Source of the DNA: an uncultured virus (IMG/VR IMGVR_UViG_3300032282_004613)
Lineage: Duplodnaviria > Heunggongvirae > Uroviricota > Caudoviricetes
Virus record (IMG/VR): IMGVR_UViG_3300032282_004613
Length of the DNA: 60,529 bases
Direction: 5' to 3' (one strand)
Each line of letters starts with the position of its first letter. Position 1 is the first letter of the stretch. The position numbers were made by a program, and so were the translations under genes. The notes beneath the pieces are model-generated. The model was not told where the DNA came from. It worked only from the letters and a program-made list of their open reading frames with translations, and made no database searches. Of this stretch, positions 48,162 to 57,841 are shown piece after piece.

Positions 48162-48890
48162 CTAGTCATATCTTTCCAATATCTGAGAGATAATTGGATT
48201 TCTAACAATGTCTTCCATCCCAAATTCAAAAATACCAATACCTCTTACGTCATGCAATCTTCTCTTTGCATCATATAAACCCGATTTGGTTTTATCTTTA
48301 AATTTATCTGATTGTTCTAGGTCACCGGATAGAAAGAATTTAGAATTGAAACCTATACGTGTTAATAATAATTTTATTTGTGCTGGGGAGGCGTTTTGTG
48401 CTTCTTCAAAAACAAGGATGGTATTATCGACGTTCCATCCTCTCATGTATGCTAATGCTGCAACTTCAATGTAACCCTCATCTTTTAATTGTTCTCTAGA
48501 TTCTTTACCAATTATCTTATTTAATAGATAATACGAAGGGTATATATATGGGTCTAATTTTTCTTCTAAACCGCCAGGTAAGGAACCTAGTTTTTCTTCT
48601 GCTTCAACCGCTGGTCTAACAATGATAATCTTTTCGTATTTGTTATTATCGTCATAAAGCAAATCAATTGCTCTTTTCATTGCGATATATGACTTACCAA
48701 CACCAGCAGGACCAAAACACAATGTTATTTGGTTATCTCCTAAAATACGCCAATATTCTTCTTGTGATTTTGTAAGGAATTTTTCTTTTGGTTTTTTAAT
48801 TATTTCTCTAATTCTTTGCTTATGAGTTGTCTTTCTATCTTCTACTGAAACTACTGGGTAGTTTTTTCCAATTTTCGGTTTTAACGGCAA
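48162..48890 (-). CDS. phoH: PhoH-family ATPase
   Basis: GPAGVGKS, RPAVEA.EKLG.LPG, AYMRG, EAQN and GDLEQSD motifs; TTG start. Confidence 0.95.
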   Translation of the reverse strand: MPLKPKIGKNYPVVSVEDRKTTHKQRIREIIKKPKEKFLTKSQEEYWRILGDNQITLCFGPAGVGKSYIAMKRAIDLLYDDNNKYEKIIIVRPAVEAEEKLGSLPGGLEEKLDPYIYPSYYLLNKIIGKESREQLKDEGYIEVAALAYMRGWNVDNTILVFEEAQNASPAQIKLLLTRIGFNSKFFLSGDLEQSDKFKDKTKSGLYDAKRRLHDVRGIGIFEFGMEDIVRNPIISQILERYD

Positions 48891-48935
48891 AATATATCCT
48901 TTTTAAAATTAATTTATTATTGATTATAAATATCA

Positions 48936-49571
48936 TCAAATACCGGTTGAACCAAATCCATCGGACCCCCTGGTTGTTTCATCCAAGGAGTCCGTAGATT
49001 TTAAATCAATATAACCCTCACCAAATACCGGACAAATAACGCCCTGAGCGATTCTGTCGCCTTTATTTACTATAAATGGATCTTCCCCTAAATTAATCAA
49101 AATAACCTTAATTTCGCCCCTATAATGACTATCAACAGTACCTGGAGTGTTAACAACACTAATACCGTGTTTTAAAGCCAAACCGCTTCTTGGCCTAACC
49201 TGGATTTCATAACCTTTTGTTAATTGGAAAAATAATCCGGTAGGTATCAAAGCCCTTTTCAAAGGTAAAATAGTTATTGGTTCATTTTCGGGAACATCTG
49301 CTCTTAAGTCAAATCCGCTATCACCTTCATTGGCATATTTTGGGTCATCATTATTAGATTTGTTAACAAACATTATAACCGATTTTGTTTCATCGGTTTT
49401 TTGATTGTTGCTAATAATGTCCGTCAATTGTGCTAATGTAGAATCAAGTTGATTCATAAAATTTTCATCGAACTCATTTTCTTCGTTAGAACCATCTTCT
49501 AATGCTTCTTCATACTTTTTTAATCGTTCAATAAAATCGTCGTATTGTTCTCGGTTTTGATCGTTAGGCAT
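48936..49571 (-). CDS. dut: Trimeric dUTPase with acidic N-terminal extension
   Basis: GFDLRA, RPRSGLA, GTVDSHYRGE, GDRIAQ and RG..GFGSTG motifs. Confidence 0.95.
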   Translation of the reverse strand: MPNDQNREQYDDFIERLKKYEEALEDGSNEENEFDENFMNQLDSTLAQLTDIISNNQKTDETKSVIMFVNKSNNDDPKYANEGDSGFDLRADVPENEPITILPLKRALIPTGLFFQLTKGYEIQVRPRSGLALKHGISVVNTPGTVDSHYRGEIKVILINLGEDPFIVNKGDRIAQGVICPVFGEGYIDLKSTDSLDETTRGSDGFGSTGI

Positions 49572-49574
49572 ATT

Positions 49575-49808
49575 TTATCTTTTATAATATTCCGGTGTAT
49601 TTTTTTCATCGATTACACATTCGATTTGCATTTTAACAACGCTTAAACTTTCACTACCTCTAATATCACCTTCGCGATATTTTGCAGCAACGATAGTTGC
49701 TTCTTCTACTGATTCGGCTTGCAATACGTATTTCACTTTTTTAATACGTGGGTTGCCTTCTTTGTCCATTTGTTCGGTTTCATAACCGATTGTAACTTGA
49801 TAATACAT
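49575..49808 (-). CDS. Small protein, DUF4494-like
   Basis: Y.V.I.YE......G.....K.KY.L.A.S..EA pattern. Confidence 0.5.
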   Translation of the reverse strand: MYYQVTIGYETEQMDKEGNPRIKKVKYVLQAESVEEATIVAAKYREGDIRGSESLSVVKMQIECVIDEKNTPEYYKR

Positions 49809-49819
49809 GGTTTTTTGTT

Positions 49820-51040
49820 TTATTTAATTGATTTAAAAAATTGTACTCTATCATTACAAACATTTTTTAAAGAATATTTGTCTTTAACCGTTTCGTATAA
49901 ACGATTTCCAAGGTCTTCAATCATGTTTGGGTTTTCAATTAACCGTTTCATATTTTTAGCCCAATCTTTATGGTTTCTTTTTGTGTCAACTAATAGTGCA
50001 TTACCGCTGTTATTTAATTGACCATTATCCATTGCAGATTTTAAATCAAAAGTATATGGACTAGTCGCACTAGCAATTAATGCTTTTTTGTGAAACCCTG
50101 CTTCAATAACTTTTAATTGTGATTTACATGAGTTAAAAAATGATTCAACTAATGGTGCTAAAGATACATCAAAATTATTATAATTAGATGCGTATGTTGA
50201 AATATTTTTTGTCCATCTTCTTCTATATGGCATTAATAAATCATCGTACTCTTCTTCTTTATATTGATTTAAAAATTTAATATATTCTGGTTCTAAAACT
50301 TTATATTCATCGGTAAAAATACCTTCATATTTTTTCCACACAGTTTCTTCCGGTTTTATTGGTCTGTTTCTTTGAGATCCTGTTGTTCTGTCTATCTCTG
50401 TAACAGTTCCTCTAGTATCAAAACCACATAAAACAAATTGAACTTTATTTTTAAAAGCATTAAGGGTTGTTGAAACACCGCTTCTAATTAATTCAATATC
50501 ATGTAAATGCGATGAGCCGCCTAACCAACCAAATCTAACTAATTCTGACTTTGGCGTATTTGGTTGAAATTGCTGCTCTGTTTCATCAACAGCATTTGGG
50601 AAAACAAAGACATTTTTATTTCCCGACCTATCTTTGATTATACTAGCGTAATATGGTGTTGTCGTTGTTACGTAATCGGCTAGTTTCAATAATTCAATTT
50701 TTTTCTCTGGAATTTTTGAGTCGATTATTTTTTGATACATTGGGTGTCTTTGATCAACAGACCAAAAATCATCAGTATCAACAATAACTTTTATTCCCTT
50801 GGTTTTCAACCATTTAATTCTTTCAACATTCTTTTCGTGACTTGCTTTGTGAATAAAACTGTGTAAAACAACAACATCGTAGTTTTCAAAAATTTTATCA
50901 TCTTCTGCTACGTCCATCATGATATCAACATGAACGTCTTCTGTGTGATTAGAGCCAATAAATGTAAATGGGTCAAGTATTCTATATTTTCCAACTCCGT
51001 GGCTATCGGAGGGGACCGCTAGTATTCTAATTTTAGACAT
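49820..51040 (-). CDS. Glycosyltransferase (GT-B)
   Basis: YRI..P, DTDD, GW.GG.SH..D and LAPL....FN.CKS.LK.IEAG motifs. Confidence 0.85.
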   Translation of the reverse strand: MSKIRILAVPSDSHGVGKYRILDPFTFIGSNHTEDVHVDIMMDVAEDDKIFENYDVVVLHSFIHKASHEKNVERIKWLKTKGIKVIVDTDDFWSVDQRHPMYQKIIDSKIPEKKIELLKLADYVTTTTPYYASIIKDRSGNKNVFVFPNAVDETEQQFQPNTPKSELVRFGWLGGSSHLHDIELIRSGVSTTLNAFKNKVQFVLCGFDTRGTVTEIDRTTGSQRNRPIKPEETVWKKYEGIFTDEYKVLEPEYIKFLNQYKEEEYDDLLMPYRRRWTKNISTYASNYNNFDVSLAPLVESFFNSCKSQLKVIEAGFHKKALIASATSPYTFDLKSAMDNGQLNNSGNALLVDTKRNHKDWAKNMKRLIENPNMIEDLGNRLYETVKDKYSLKNVCNDRVQFFKSIK

Positions 51041-51089
51041 TAAATAATATTATATGTCCAATATACATAAAAAATTTTAAAAAACAAAA

Positions 51090-51947
51090 CTAAACGGGCT
51101 TAATAGCGGAACAAATTCCATTTTCAGAATGTAGGGTATATCCTATATTTTTTAGGTAATTATATATCTTTGTTTTCTCTTCCGAAAGTAAATTAAAATC
51201 TTCAAAAATGATAAATGGTGGTAGTAATTCTGAACTTACGCTCATAATTAATTTTGCATCAAGACCTTCAACGTCAAGATGTAACCAATCCATTTTTTTA
51301 CCATATGCTGTGAAATAATCAAAGATTAAATTATCAAATGAAATTGATTTTTTTATTGTTGTATTGATTTCTTCTTTTTCCCAATATTCTATGACTCTTT
51401 TAACGACCGAATTGGTATATCCTCTTCCACCTTCAAAAAATTCAATATCAGCACCATCGGGAGTTACTAATTTATTTAAAACAACAACACCTTCTTGTTT
51501 ACCTTCATAATTGTTTCTTAAATCAATAAATTGTTTTTCACTACCTTCAACAAGAACCATTTCTGACATAAAATTTCTAAACAATGGTACCCATTCACCA
51601 AATTCTCCATCATGTGTCCCAATTACTAACCCCTTTGGTTTAATACCTTTATTAATTAAAGATTTACAATATAACCATAGTGATTTATAAAAAACAGATC
51701 CGTGTTCAATTACATTCCAATTATATTGATAAACAAAATTACCTTTAGCATCATAAACAACTACGTCATTTATTTCATTTTCTGGATATGCGGCCCACAT
51801 ATTGTCATTTAATTCTATAGACCAAATAATTTCTTTTGAAATTACTTTTTTTATTTTAAATAAAAGTGGTAATTGATCTTGAGCAAAAACTTTTGACAGG
51901 TCTTTGGTTGTAATTTTTATTCCTTCGCTGTAATCAATATTAATCAT
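51090..51947 (-). CDS. FkbM-like SAM-dependent methyltransferase
   Basis: VIGTHDG, LVEG, LHLDVEG.D and IIFE motifs. Confidence 0.7.
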   Translation of the reverse strand: MINIDYSEGIKITTKDLSKVFAQDQLPLLFKIKKVISKEIIWSIELNDNMWAAYPENEINDVVVYDAKGNFVYQYNWNVIEHGSVFYKSLWLYCKSLINKGIKPKGLVIGTHDGEFGEWVPLFRNFMSEMVLVEGSEKQFIDLRNNYEGKQEGVVVLNKLVTPDGADIEFFEGGRGYTNSVVKRVIEYWEKEEINTTIKKSISFDNLIFDYFTAYGKKMDWLHLDVEGLDAKLIMSVSSELLPPFIIFEDFNLLSEEKTKIYNYLKNIGYTLHSENGICSAIKPV

Positions 51948-52489
51948 AAATGTTTATCAATAAATTCATCAATATTATTTGACCACATACTCATTGCTTC
52001 AGTTTTAATTCTATCTTCAGTCCAGTTCCACCAAGATATTTTTAATAGGGCTTCTATTTGTTTTTCGGTGAATCTGTATTTTACAATTTTACCTGGATTA
52101 CCAACTACGATAGCGTATGGCGGCACATCTTTTGTTATTGTTGAATTTGAACCTATTACGGCGCCATTACCAATATTAACTCCAGACATTATTGTTGATT
52201 TTGCGCCAATCCAAACGTCGTTCCCAATATTAATATCACCTTTACAAGTTGGATGTCCCATTGACATATGCATGTCAGCAATTTCGGGTGTTACTGGTCC
52301 CCACAATTGAGAACTTGTTGTTATCCAATCAACTCTGTGATTTGCATGTAAAAAAAAATTACAATCCCTACCAATGGAATTGTATTTACCTAGATGAATG
52401 TGGTATTGGTCGCTCCATGAGATTATATTGACATTTCTATCAAAATAAGTCCCTCTGTCGGCATGCCACAGATGGATATTTTCTATCAT
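51944..52489 (-). CDS. Hexapeptide-repeat O-acetyltransferase (CatB/Vat-related)
   Basis: IGNDVWIG, GV.IGNGAVIG, DVPPYAIVVGNP and YRF.....L..I.WW.W motifs. Confidence 0.9.
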   Translation of the reverse strand: MIENIHLWHADRGTYFDRNVNIISWSDQYHIHLGKYNSIGRDCNFFLHANHRVDWITTSSQLWGPVTPEIADMHMSMGHPTCKGDINIGNDVWIGAKSTIMSGVNIGNGAVIGSNSTITKDVPPYAIVVGNPGKIVKYRFTEKQIEALLKISWWNWTEDRIKTEAMSMWSNNIDEFIDKHL

Positions 52490-52492
52490 AAA

Positions 52493-53065
52493 TTACTTTG
52501 CTTTATTAACGCCAGTGATTTTTCCTTTAAAAATTGAATCGCCAACCTTAAGTACTAAATTTTCGTTTACTGATTGTGTTTGTTGTGCTGATAAAATTTG
52601 ATTTAATTTTTCATCCATAACCTTACGAACCACATTTTCAATAATAGGTGTTAAAGTTGAAATTAAATCGCTTGTATTTGTTTGTGAGTTTGAACCATTA
52701 CCAGTATTTTGTTTTTTTGGGTTAACCAATCCTTCCCTTTCCATTAATTTTTTTGCACCCTTAACAAAATCCATATCAATTGTTTCAGATAATGAAATTT
52801 GTGGTATTGGGTTTTCAATCATTGCTTTTTTAATTGCGTCTGGTAATTTTGATTGATTAATTCTATCTCTACTTGGTGTTCCGCCAACACCTCTTGCTGA
52901 TTGTGGTTGTATATTCATTGCTTGCACCTCTTCTGGTGAACTATTAATAATATTTTCATTTATGTTACCTCTTTCAAAGTTACCGCTATCCACTTTATTC
53001 ATGACTTTTTTAGCATTAACTAATCTCATCATTAAATCATTTTCTGATATTTGTCCTGTTTCCAT
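52493..53065 (-). CDS. Hypothetical late protein
   Basis: TATTTAT at 53072-53078; SKLPDAIK.AMIENPI. Confidence 0.7.
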   Translation of the reverse strand: METGQISENDLMMRLVNAKKVMNKVDSGNFERGNINENIINSSPEEVQAMNIQPQSARGVGGTPSRDRINQSKLPDAIKKAMIENPIPQISLSETIDMDFVKGAKKLMEREGLVNPKKQNTGNGSNSQTNTSDLISTLTPIIENVVRKVMDEKLNQILSAQQTQSVNENLVLKVGDSIFKGKITGVNKAK

Positions 53066-53103
53066 AATATGATAAATATATTTCTTTAAATCAATTTTGT
53101 AAA

Positions 53104-53934
53104 TTATTTATTACCTTCTTTTTCCTTTTCTTCAGCATCTTTGTTCAAATCCTTAGCAATATCGGTTAAATTTAATGAAGGTTTCTCCTTTTTCTTTGGT
53201 TGTTTAAGCGCAAATGAGTTTTTTAATGACGCAGTAGCATCTTCCGCCTTTTTAACTAGATCTACTTTCTCTTTAGGGGGTTCCTCTGGGGTTGGGGATG
53301 GTTTTACCTCTGGCTTTGGTGTTGGTAAGTTATCAGTAGTTTTAACTTCTTTTTCTTTAGGTTTGGGTTCTTTTTCTTTTGGCGGTTCTGGCTTCTCAAC
53401 TGGTTTTGGTTTTCTTTGTTTTGTTACCATTGTATCCTTAACACCTTTTATTGCGTCATCCGCCTTTTTAACCAAATCTTTAGATGATTCTGGTTTAGCA
53501 GGTTCTTTCTTAACTGGTTTTGTTTTTGTCCAATCTGATGTAACGTATGTTACGTTCATTGATTTATCATCTCCTGGTTTATAACCTGGTCTAGTTGTAT
53601 CAAATGTTTCATCAGGATGAATTACAACATTACTCATTCTTGCCACCATAAATGTTCTCCAACCATGTTTTTTAAATCCCTTTTTAGAAACTGAAGGTGG
53701 TTGTACCCAAGCCCTAACAACTAAATTTCCTTTTTTACTTAAACCCATTGCGACTACCTCTGCTTTAATTCTTTTTCCTCGTTTAACACTATCTTTTTTA
53801 GGTTTGTATGGTCCAGAATACATAAATGTAATTGGATTTCTTTGTTTAATTGCTTTAACAATAGGTTTATTGGCCGTTGTTTTTAAAGCAATCTCATCTT
53901 CAAGTAATAAAGTAATAAAATCTTGTAATTTCAT
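53104..53934 (-). CDS. WYL-like domain protein with Pro/Lys/Glu-rich tail
   Basis: AI......F.Y....R..E....G......VRAW.....WRTF.V.RM pattern. Confidence 0.6.
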   Translation of the reverse strand: MKLQDFITLLLEDEIALKTTANKPIVKAIKQRNPITFMYSGPYKPKKDSVKRGKRIKAEVVAMGLSKKGNLVVRAWVQPPSVSKKGFKKHGWRTFMVARMSNVVIHPDETFDTTRPGYKPGDDKSMNVTYVTSDWTKTKPVKKEPAKPESSKDLVKKADDAIKGVKDTMVTKQRKPKPVEKPEPPKEKEPKPKEKEVKTTDNLPTPKPEVKPSPTPEEPPKEKVDLVKKAEDATASLKNSFALKQPKKKEKPSLNLTDIAKDLNKDAEEKEKEGNK

Positions 53935-53942
53935 GTTGTATT

Positions 53943-54602
53943 TTAAAAATCTGGATATCTTTTACTTTCCTTATATGTGTTTCTAGCAACAGAATCGTTT
54001 CTTTCTAAAATATCTTTTTTTGTTCCGACTGATCCGTTTACCTCACCTCTACCTTTTTCATCTCCGTCAGATAAAGCATCTTTGTGGTTATAAAAATAAC
54101 CATCTGCTTTATTATAATCATTTTTAGCGATTAATTGTTTTCTTTCATTAATGTCTGTTTTTGAACCTACACTATTATTTAATTCTCCCTTGCCTTTCTC
54201 ATCACCATCTGATAATGCGTTCCTATTTCCTGAGTTATAATTTTTGTTTTGATTGTATGTGTTTCTAGATAATAATTGAGTTCTTTCATTAATATCTGTT
54301 TTAGACCCGACACTTCCAGCATTTTCACCCTTACCTTTATCGTCACCATCAGATAAAGCATTTAGGTTGTTTGAATTATAAATGTTATTATCTGAATAAG
54401 AATTTCTTGCTAATAATTGGTTTCTTTCTAAGATATCTGTTTTAGAACCAATATGGTTTGAGTTTTCACCTTTACCATGTTCATCACCATCGGATACGGC
54501 GTTTGGATGACCTGAATTATATTCCCCCTTTAAATTATATGTGTTTCTAGCAATGTGTTCATTTCTTTGTTTATCTGCTATCAATTCTAATTTTGTTGGC
54601 AT
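53943..54602 (-). CDS. Tandem 47-aa repeat protein
   Basis: Four full copies of ARN.Y.....Y......A.SDGD..G.GE.....G.K.DI.ER plus a partial fifth. Confidence 0.85.
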   Translation of the reverse strand: MPTKLELIADKQRNEHIARNTYNLKGEYNSGHPNAVSDGDEHGKGENSNHIGSKTDILERNQLLARNSYSDNNIYNSNNLNALSDGDDKGKGENAGSVGSKTDINERTQLLSRNTYNQNKNYNSGNRNALSDGDEKGKGELNNSVGSKTDINERKQLIAKNDYNKADGYFYNHKDALSDGDEKGRGEVNGSVGTKKDILERNDSVARNTYKESKRYPDF

Positions 54603-54603
54603 A

Positions 54604-55101
54604 TTAATGATTTATAATTTCTTTAATTCTTTTTATTTCTTCAAATAAAGTTGAAACTTTTAAAGGGCTAACAACCGATTTTTGTGAATTCGCTTTTATT
54701 CCTAATTCAAATCTTGGAATAACGCTATCAGTTTTTTTGGTGTGTTTCTTTAGAAATGGATTTTTCCTTTCTACACCTGTGTTTTTATTGATATTAGCAC
54801 TAGCATCTTTTTTATCTTTAATTAATTGTCTTTCACCTTCCAAAAATTTTCTACTCCAATCAACCATCTCTTTTCCACCATATAAATCATACTTTACTTT
54901 ATCTGATCCGGTGTCCATATGTTCTAAATCGTGAATAATTCTTTTTAATTGACCATATTTTACTTTTTTATCTTTAAGTAATCTTTCTGCTCTATTTCTA
55001 CCATGAACATGCATATCACCTAAACCAGTGATCGTATGTCTGATTTTGTCCAAAATGTTTTGAGGAATATCAAATACCCTTTGTTTTAATTTACTGTTCA
55101 T
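54604..55101 (-). CDS. Hypothetical basic protein
   Basis: 165 aa; ends LFEEIKRIKEII. Confidence 0.7.
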   Translation of the reverse strand: MNSKLKQRVFDIPQNILDKIRHTITGLGDMHVHGRNRAERLLKDKKVKYGQLKRIIHDLEHMDTGSDKVKYDLYGGKEMVDWSRKFLEGERQLIKDKKDASANINKNTGVERKNPFLKKHTKKTDSVIPRFELGIKANSQKSVVSPLKVSTLFEEIKRIKEIINH

Positions 55102-55915
55102 TTTTTAAGTAGTCAATGATTTCATCAATTTCAACATCATTATTTGCTGCTGAAGATCTTAATGAGTTAATTTGTCTTTTAATTACCGAATTTATTTGTT
55201 TTTTTGGTTTTTTATAATCGTCTTCGAAATCAAATCCATCGATCTCATCACTATCGCTAATTGGTTCTTCATCGTCTCCCCACCATTCTTTTTCAGAATC
55301 TAATATTTCGCTATCCTTTCCTTTTTTAACTAAAACACTTTCTACGTACTCCTCAATAAATTTTATTGGGTTTTCAACTAATCTCTCAACATCTTTTTCT
55401 CCTGGTATCTTACCCATTGCTTTTACTCTATCTTCCGCTTCTCTTTGATCTACACCCAAACTCATTAAGTGTTTAACACCTTGTTCATATGTCATATCGT
55501 CTAAAACAATGTCAGAACCTAAAACATTACTCATGTCTGATTCACCCCAATATCTTTGAGGGGCTTGAACTGTACCACTAACGCCGTACATACCCATTGA
55601 ACCTCTAGCCATGCTTCTTTCTGTATCACTTGTTTTCTTAGGTGAAATAAATTTTGATGAGAAGTTACCTGGTTTAGCACCTCTCTTTATATTACCGTTA
55701 TCGTCAACAATTTCATCCATTTCCTGTTCTTTCTCTTTAACCTCGTCTGGAATTTCATCAAAATCGGTCTTACTTGAAAATTCATCAGCCCAGTTAGCCC
55801 ATTTTTTCCTTTCTTTCTTAGGTAATGACTTGTCATTCGCCTTAGCGTAGAAGTATTTTTGTTGTTTTTTGGACTTAAATCTCTCCTCAATTATGTTTTT
55901 AAAAAAATCGTTCAT
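55091..55915 (-). CDS. Hypothetical late protein
   Basis: TATTTAT at 55931-55937; FKSKKQQKYFYA motif. Confidence 0.7.
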   Translation of the reverse strand: MNDFFKNIIEERFKSKKQQKYFYAKANDKSLPKKERKKWANWADEFSSKTDFDEIPDEVKEKEQEMDEIVDDNGNIKRGAKPGNFSSKFISPKKTSDTERSMARGSMGMYGVSGTVQAPQRYWGESDMSNVLGSDIVLDDMTYEQGVKHLMSLGVDQREAEDRVKAMGKIPGEKDVERLVENPIKFIEEYVESVLVKKGKDSEILDSEKEWWGDDEEPISDSDEIDGFDFEDDYKKPKKQINSVIKRQINSLRSSAANNDVEIDEIIDYLKNEQ

Positions 55916-55930
55916 CTAAATAGTTTCTTA

Positions 55931-55961
55931 ATAAATATCAAATGCTAGGAAAGATATTTAT
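55931..55961. promoter_or_regulatory. Back-to-back divergent TATTTAT promoters
   Basis: ATAAATA at 55931-55937 (- strand) and TATTTAT at 55955-55961 (+ strand) within a 52-nt gap between divergent genes. Confidence 0.65.
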
Positions 55962-55967
55962 AATAAC

Positions 55968-57803
55968 ATGAATAGTCAGAACATTTTAAAATATTACGGA
56001 ACCAGGTTTGATGTTAAATTAGATAGTTCAGAGTTTTACGACTATGAGATATCCAAGGTTCAAGGGGATTATGCTACAGATATCTTAGATTTTACTCACC
56101 CTATAACATATACAGGATTAACGATTAGTGATAGTTTAGCCGGCTTTTCTTGTGATAGGAACACAATAACGCTTGTAGAATACGATAACAGGATTAATGA
56201 TAGTAGTTATATATATTCGGGTTTAACATCAACATTGGATTATGGTGATTTTGTTAATTATTTGGGTTACCCATATGAATTTACTATTTTAAACAACGAC
56301 ATTTATAGTTACACAGGGATAACTGGTGAAAATCATTACTTTAGAATTACGGGTTTTAACAACATATTAGATCTTAATCTGGAATTAACTGGTTTTACAA
56401 GTGATATAACTAATTGTATACAAAAACTTGCAAACCCAAATAATTGTTGTCCAATAACCCCAAAACTTTTAAATAAACCATGGGCGTATAAATTTGATAC
56501 TGGAGCAGGAATTGATAATTGTGACCCAATAATCAGAAGAAGAACTGAAAAGGGTTGGACTTTAGATTTTATTTTTAATCGAGAAAGTTTGCCGTGGTCA
56601 TTAGGTGGTGTATTTTATTATCTAGGTGTTAGAGGCGACGATAATGTTAGAAATTACGCAGATAATAATTTATCATTTCAATTTACACCAGATAGAAGAA
56701 TTAAATGGGTATCTGTGCATTATACTGGTTATTGTACCGATGCCGGGGTATATACCGAAGATTTTTATGTTGCATCTGGACAAACACCAACATTATGTAC
56801 AACTCTCCCAACAAAAGATTTTAATATCACTATTGCTTTTGAAAGAAACAAATATTATGAAAAATGTGAAATTGAAAATGACGGTGGTTGGAATGATTTG
56901 ATTCCAGAATATATTATAAGTGAATATACGAATATGGAAGTAACCGCAGTAACCTCAACACAAATAGCGGTTCATAATGATTCTGAACTTTTAAATAAAA
57001 AATGGGCCGAGGAGAGACAAAGAAGATTAGGGACATTAAAAATATATCTAAATGGTAGGCCGATTTATAAATTAAAAAATTGGGAAGAAATAATACCATC
57101 AGAAAGAGGTAACCAACCATTTATCCAATCTTGGGGAGGCGGAACTGGTTTAATGAATGACCTACACTATGGGGTTTGTTGTTTCAACATGAAGTCCATA
57201 AAGTATTATGAAGAACCATTGGATTTTTTACATGTTAGACACAATTTCTTAACTAGATTAAATCAATACGATTTCTTTATATGTGGTTTAGATTGCGAAG
57301 ATGATATTACTGGGTTTGTTCCTACGCCTACACCAACACCTACACCAACACCGGCGCCTAATAATATAGTTATAGACGCTAATTTCAGCCCTGGATCAGT
57401 TGTAATACTTTATACTGCAACATCTGATAACCCGGTATTAACTGATACAACAGTAACATTTGATAATGTTATTGAATTATATGATGGTACATCTATTTTA
57501 ATAAGAGTTTCAATAACAATATTACTGGGTGAAACAGTAGGAACATATCAAAAAACATTAAGATTAACTTACAACGATGTTAATCAAAATATTTGTGAGT
57601 TTACAAATTATGTAAGTTCTGATAATGTTTCAATTAATCCACCACAATTAAACACATATGTGTTTGAAAATGTAATACCTGAGGAAGACGTTATTTATGA
57701 TGCTATCATTACAGACGATGATTTAATATATCACGATAACCATTTCTACATATCCGCAGGTGACAATGTTTATATAAGATTTGTGGACCCACCAACACCT
57801 TAA
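55968..57803 (+). CDS. Probable virion protein, Cys-rich, ConA/LamG-like core with PT linker
   Basis: GWTLDFIF, LKIYLNG and IKYYEEPL motifs; (PT)n linker at about 57321-57358. Confidence 0.55.
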   Translation: MNSQNILKYYGTRFDVKLDSSEFYDYEISKVQGDYATDILDFTHPITYTGLTISDSLAGFSCDRNTITLVEYDNRINDSSYIYSGLTSTLDYGDFVNYLGYPYEFTILNNDIYSYTGITGENHYFRITGFNNILDLNLELTGFTSDITNCIQKLANPNNCCPITPKLLNKPWAYKFDTGAGIDNCDPIIRRRTEKGWTLDFIFNRESLPWSLGGVFYYLGVRGDDNVRNYADNNLSFQFTPDRRIKWVSVHYTGYCTDAGVYTEDFYVASGQTPTLCTTLPTKDFNITIAFERNKYYEKCEIENDGGWNDLIPEYIISEYTNMEVTAVTSTQIAVHNDSELLNKKWAEERQRRLGTLKIYLNGRPIYKLKNWEEIIPSERGNQPFIQSWGGGTGLMNDLHYGVCCFNMKSIKYYEEPLDFLHVRHNFLTRLNQYDFFICGLDCEDDITGFVPTPTPTPTPTPAPNNIVIDANFSPGSVVILYTATSDNPVLTDTTVTFDNVIELYDGTSILIRVSITILLGETVGTYQKTLRLTYNDVNQNICEFTNYVSSDNVSINPPQLNTYVFENVIPEEDVIYDAIITDDDLIYHDNHFYISAGDNVYIRFVDPPTP

Positions 57804-57841
57804 AAACAATAAATGATATTTATAATAAAGAAAATTAAAAG

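Noticed and set aside
51944..52489. Antibiotic-resistance gene (catB/vat)
   Set aside because: The family includes many sugar O-acetyltransferases, and the context is a glycosylation cluster.
53943..54602. Possible CRISPR-like array
   Set aside because: The units are in-frame 141-nt coding repeats with codon-level variation; there are no identical repeats with unique spacers and no cas genes.
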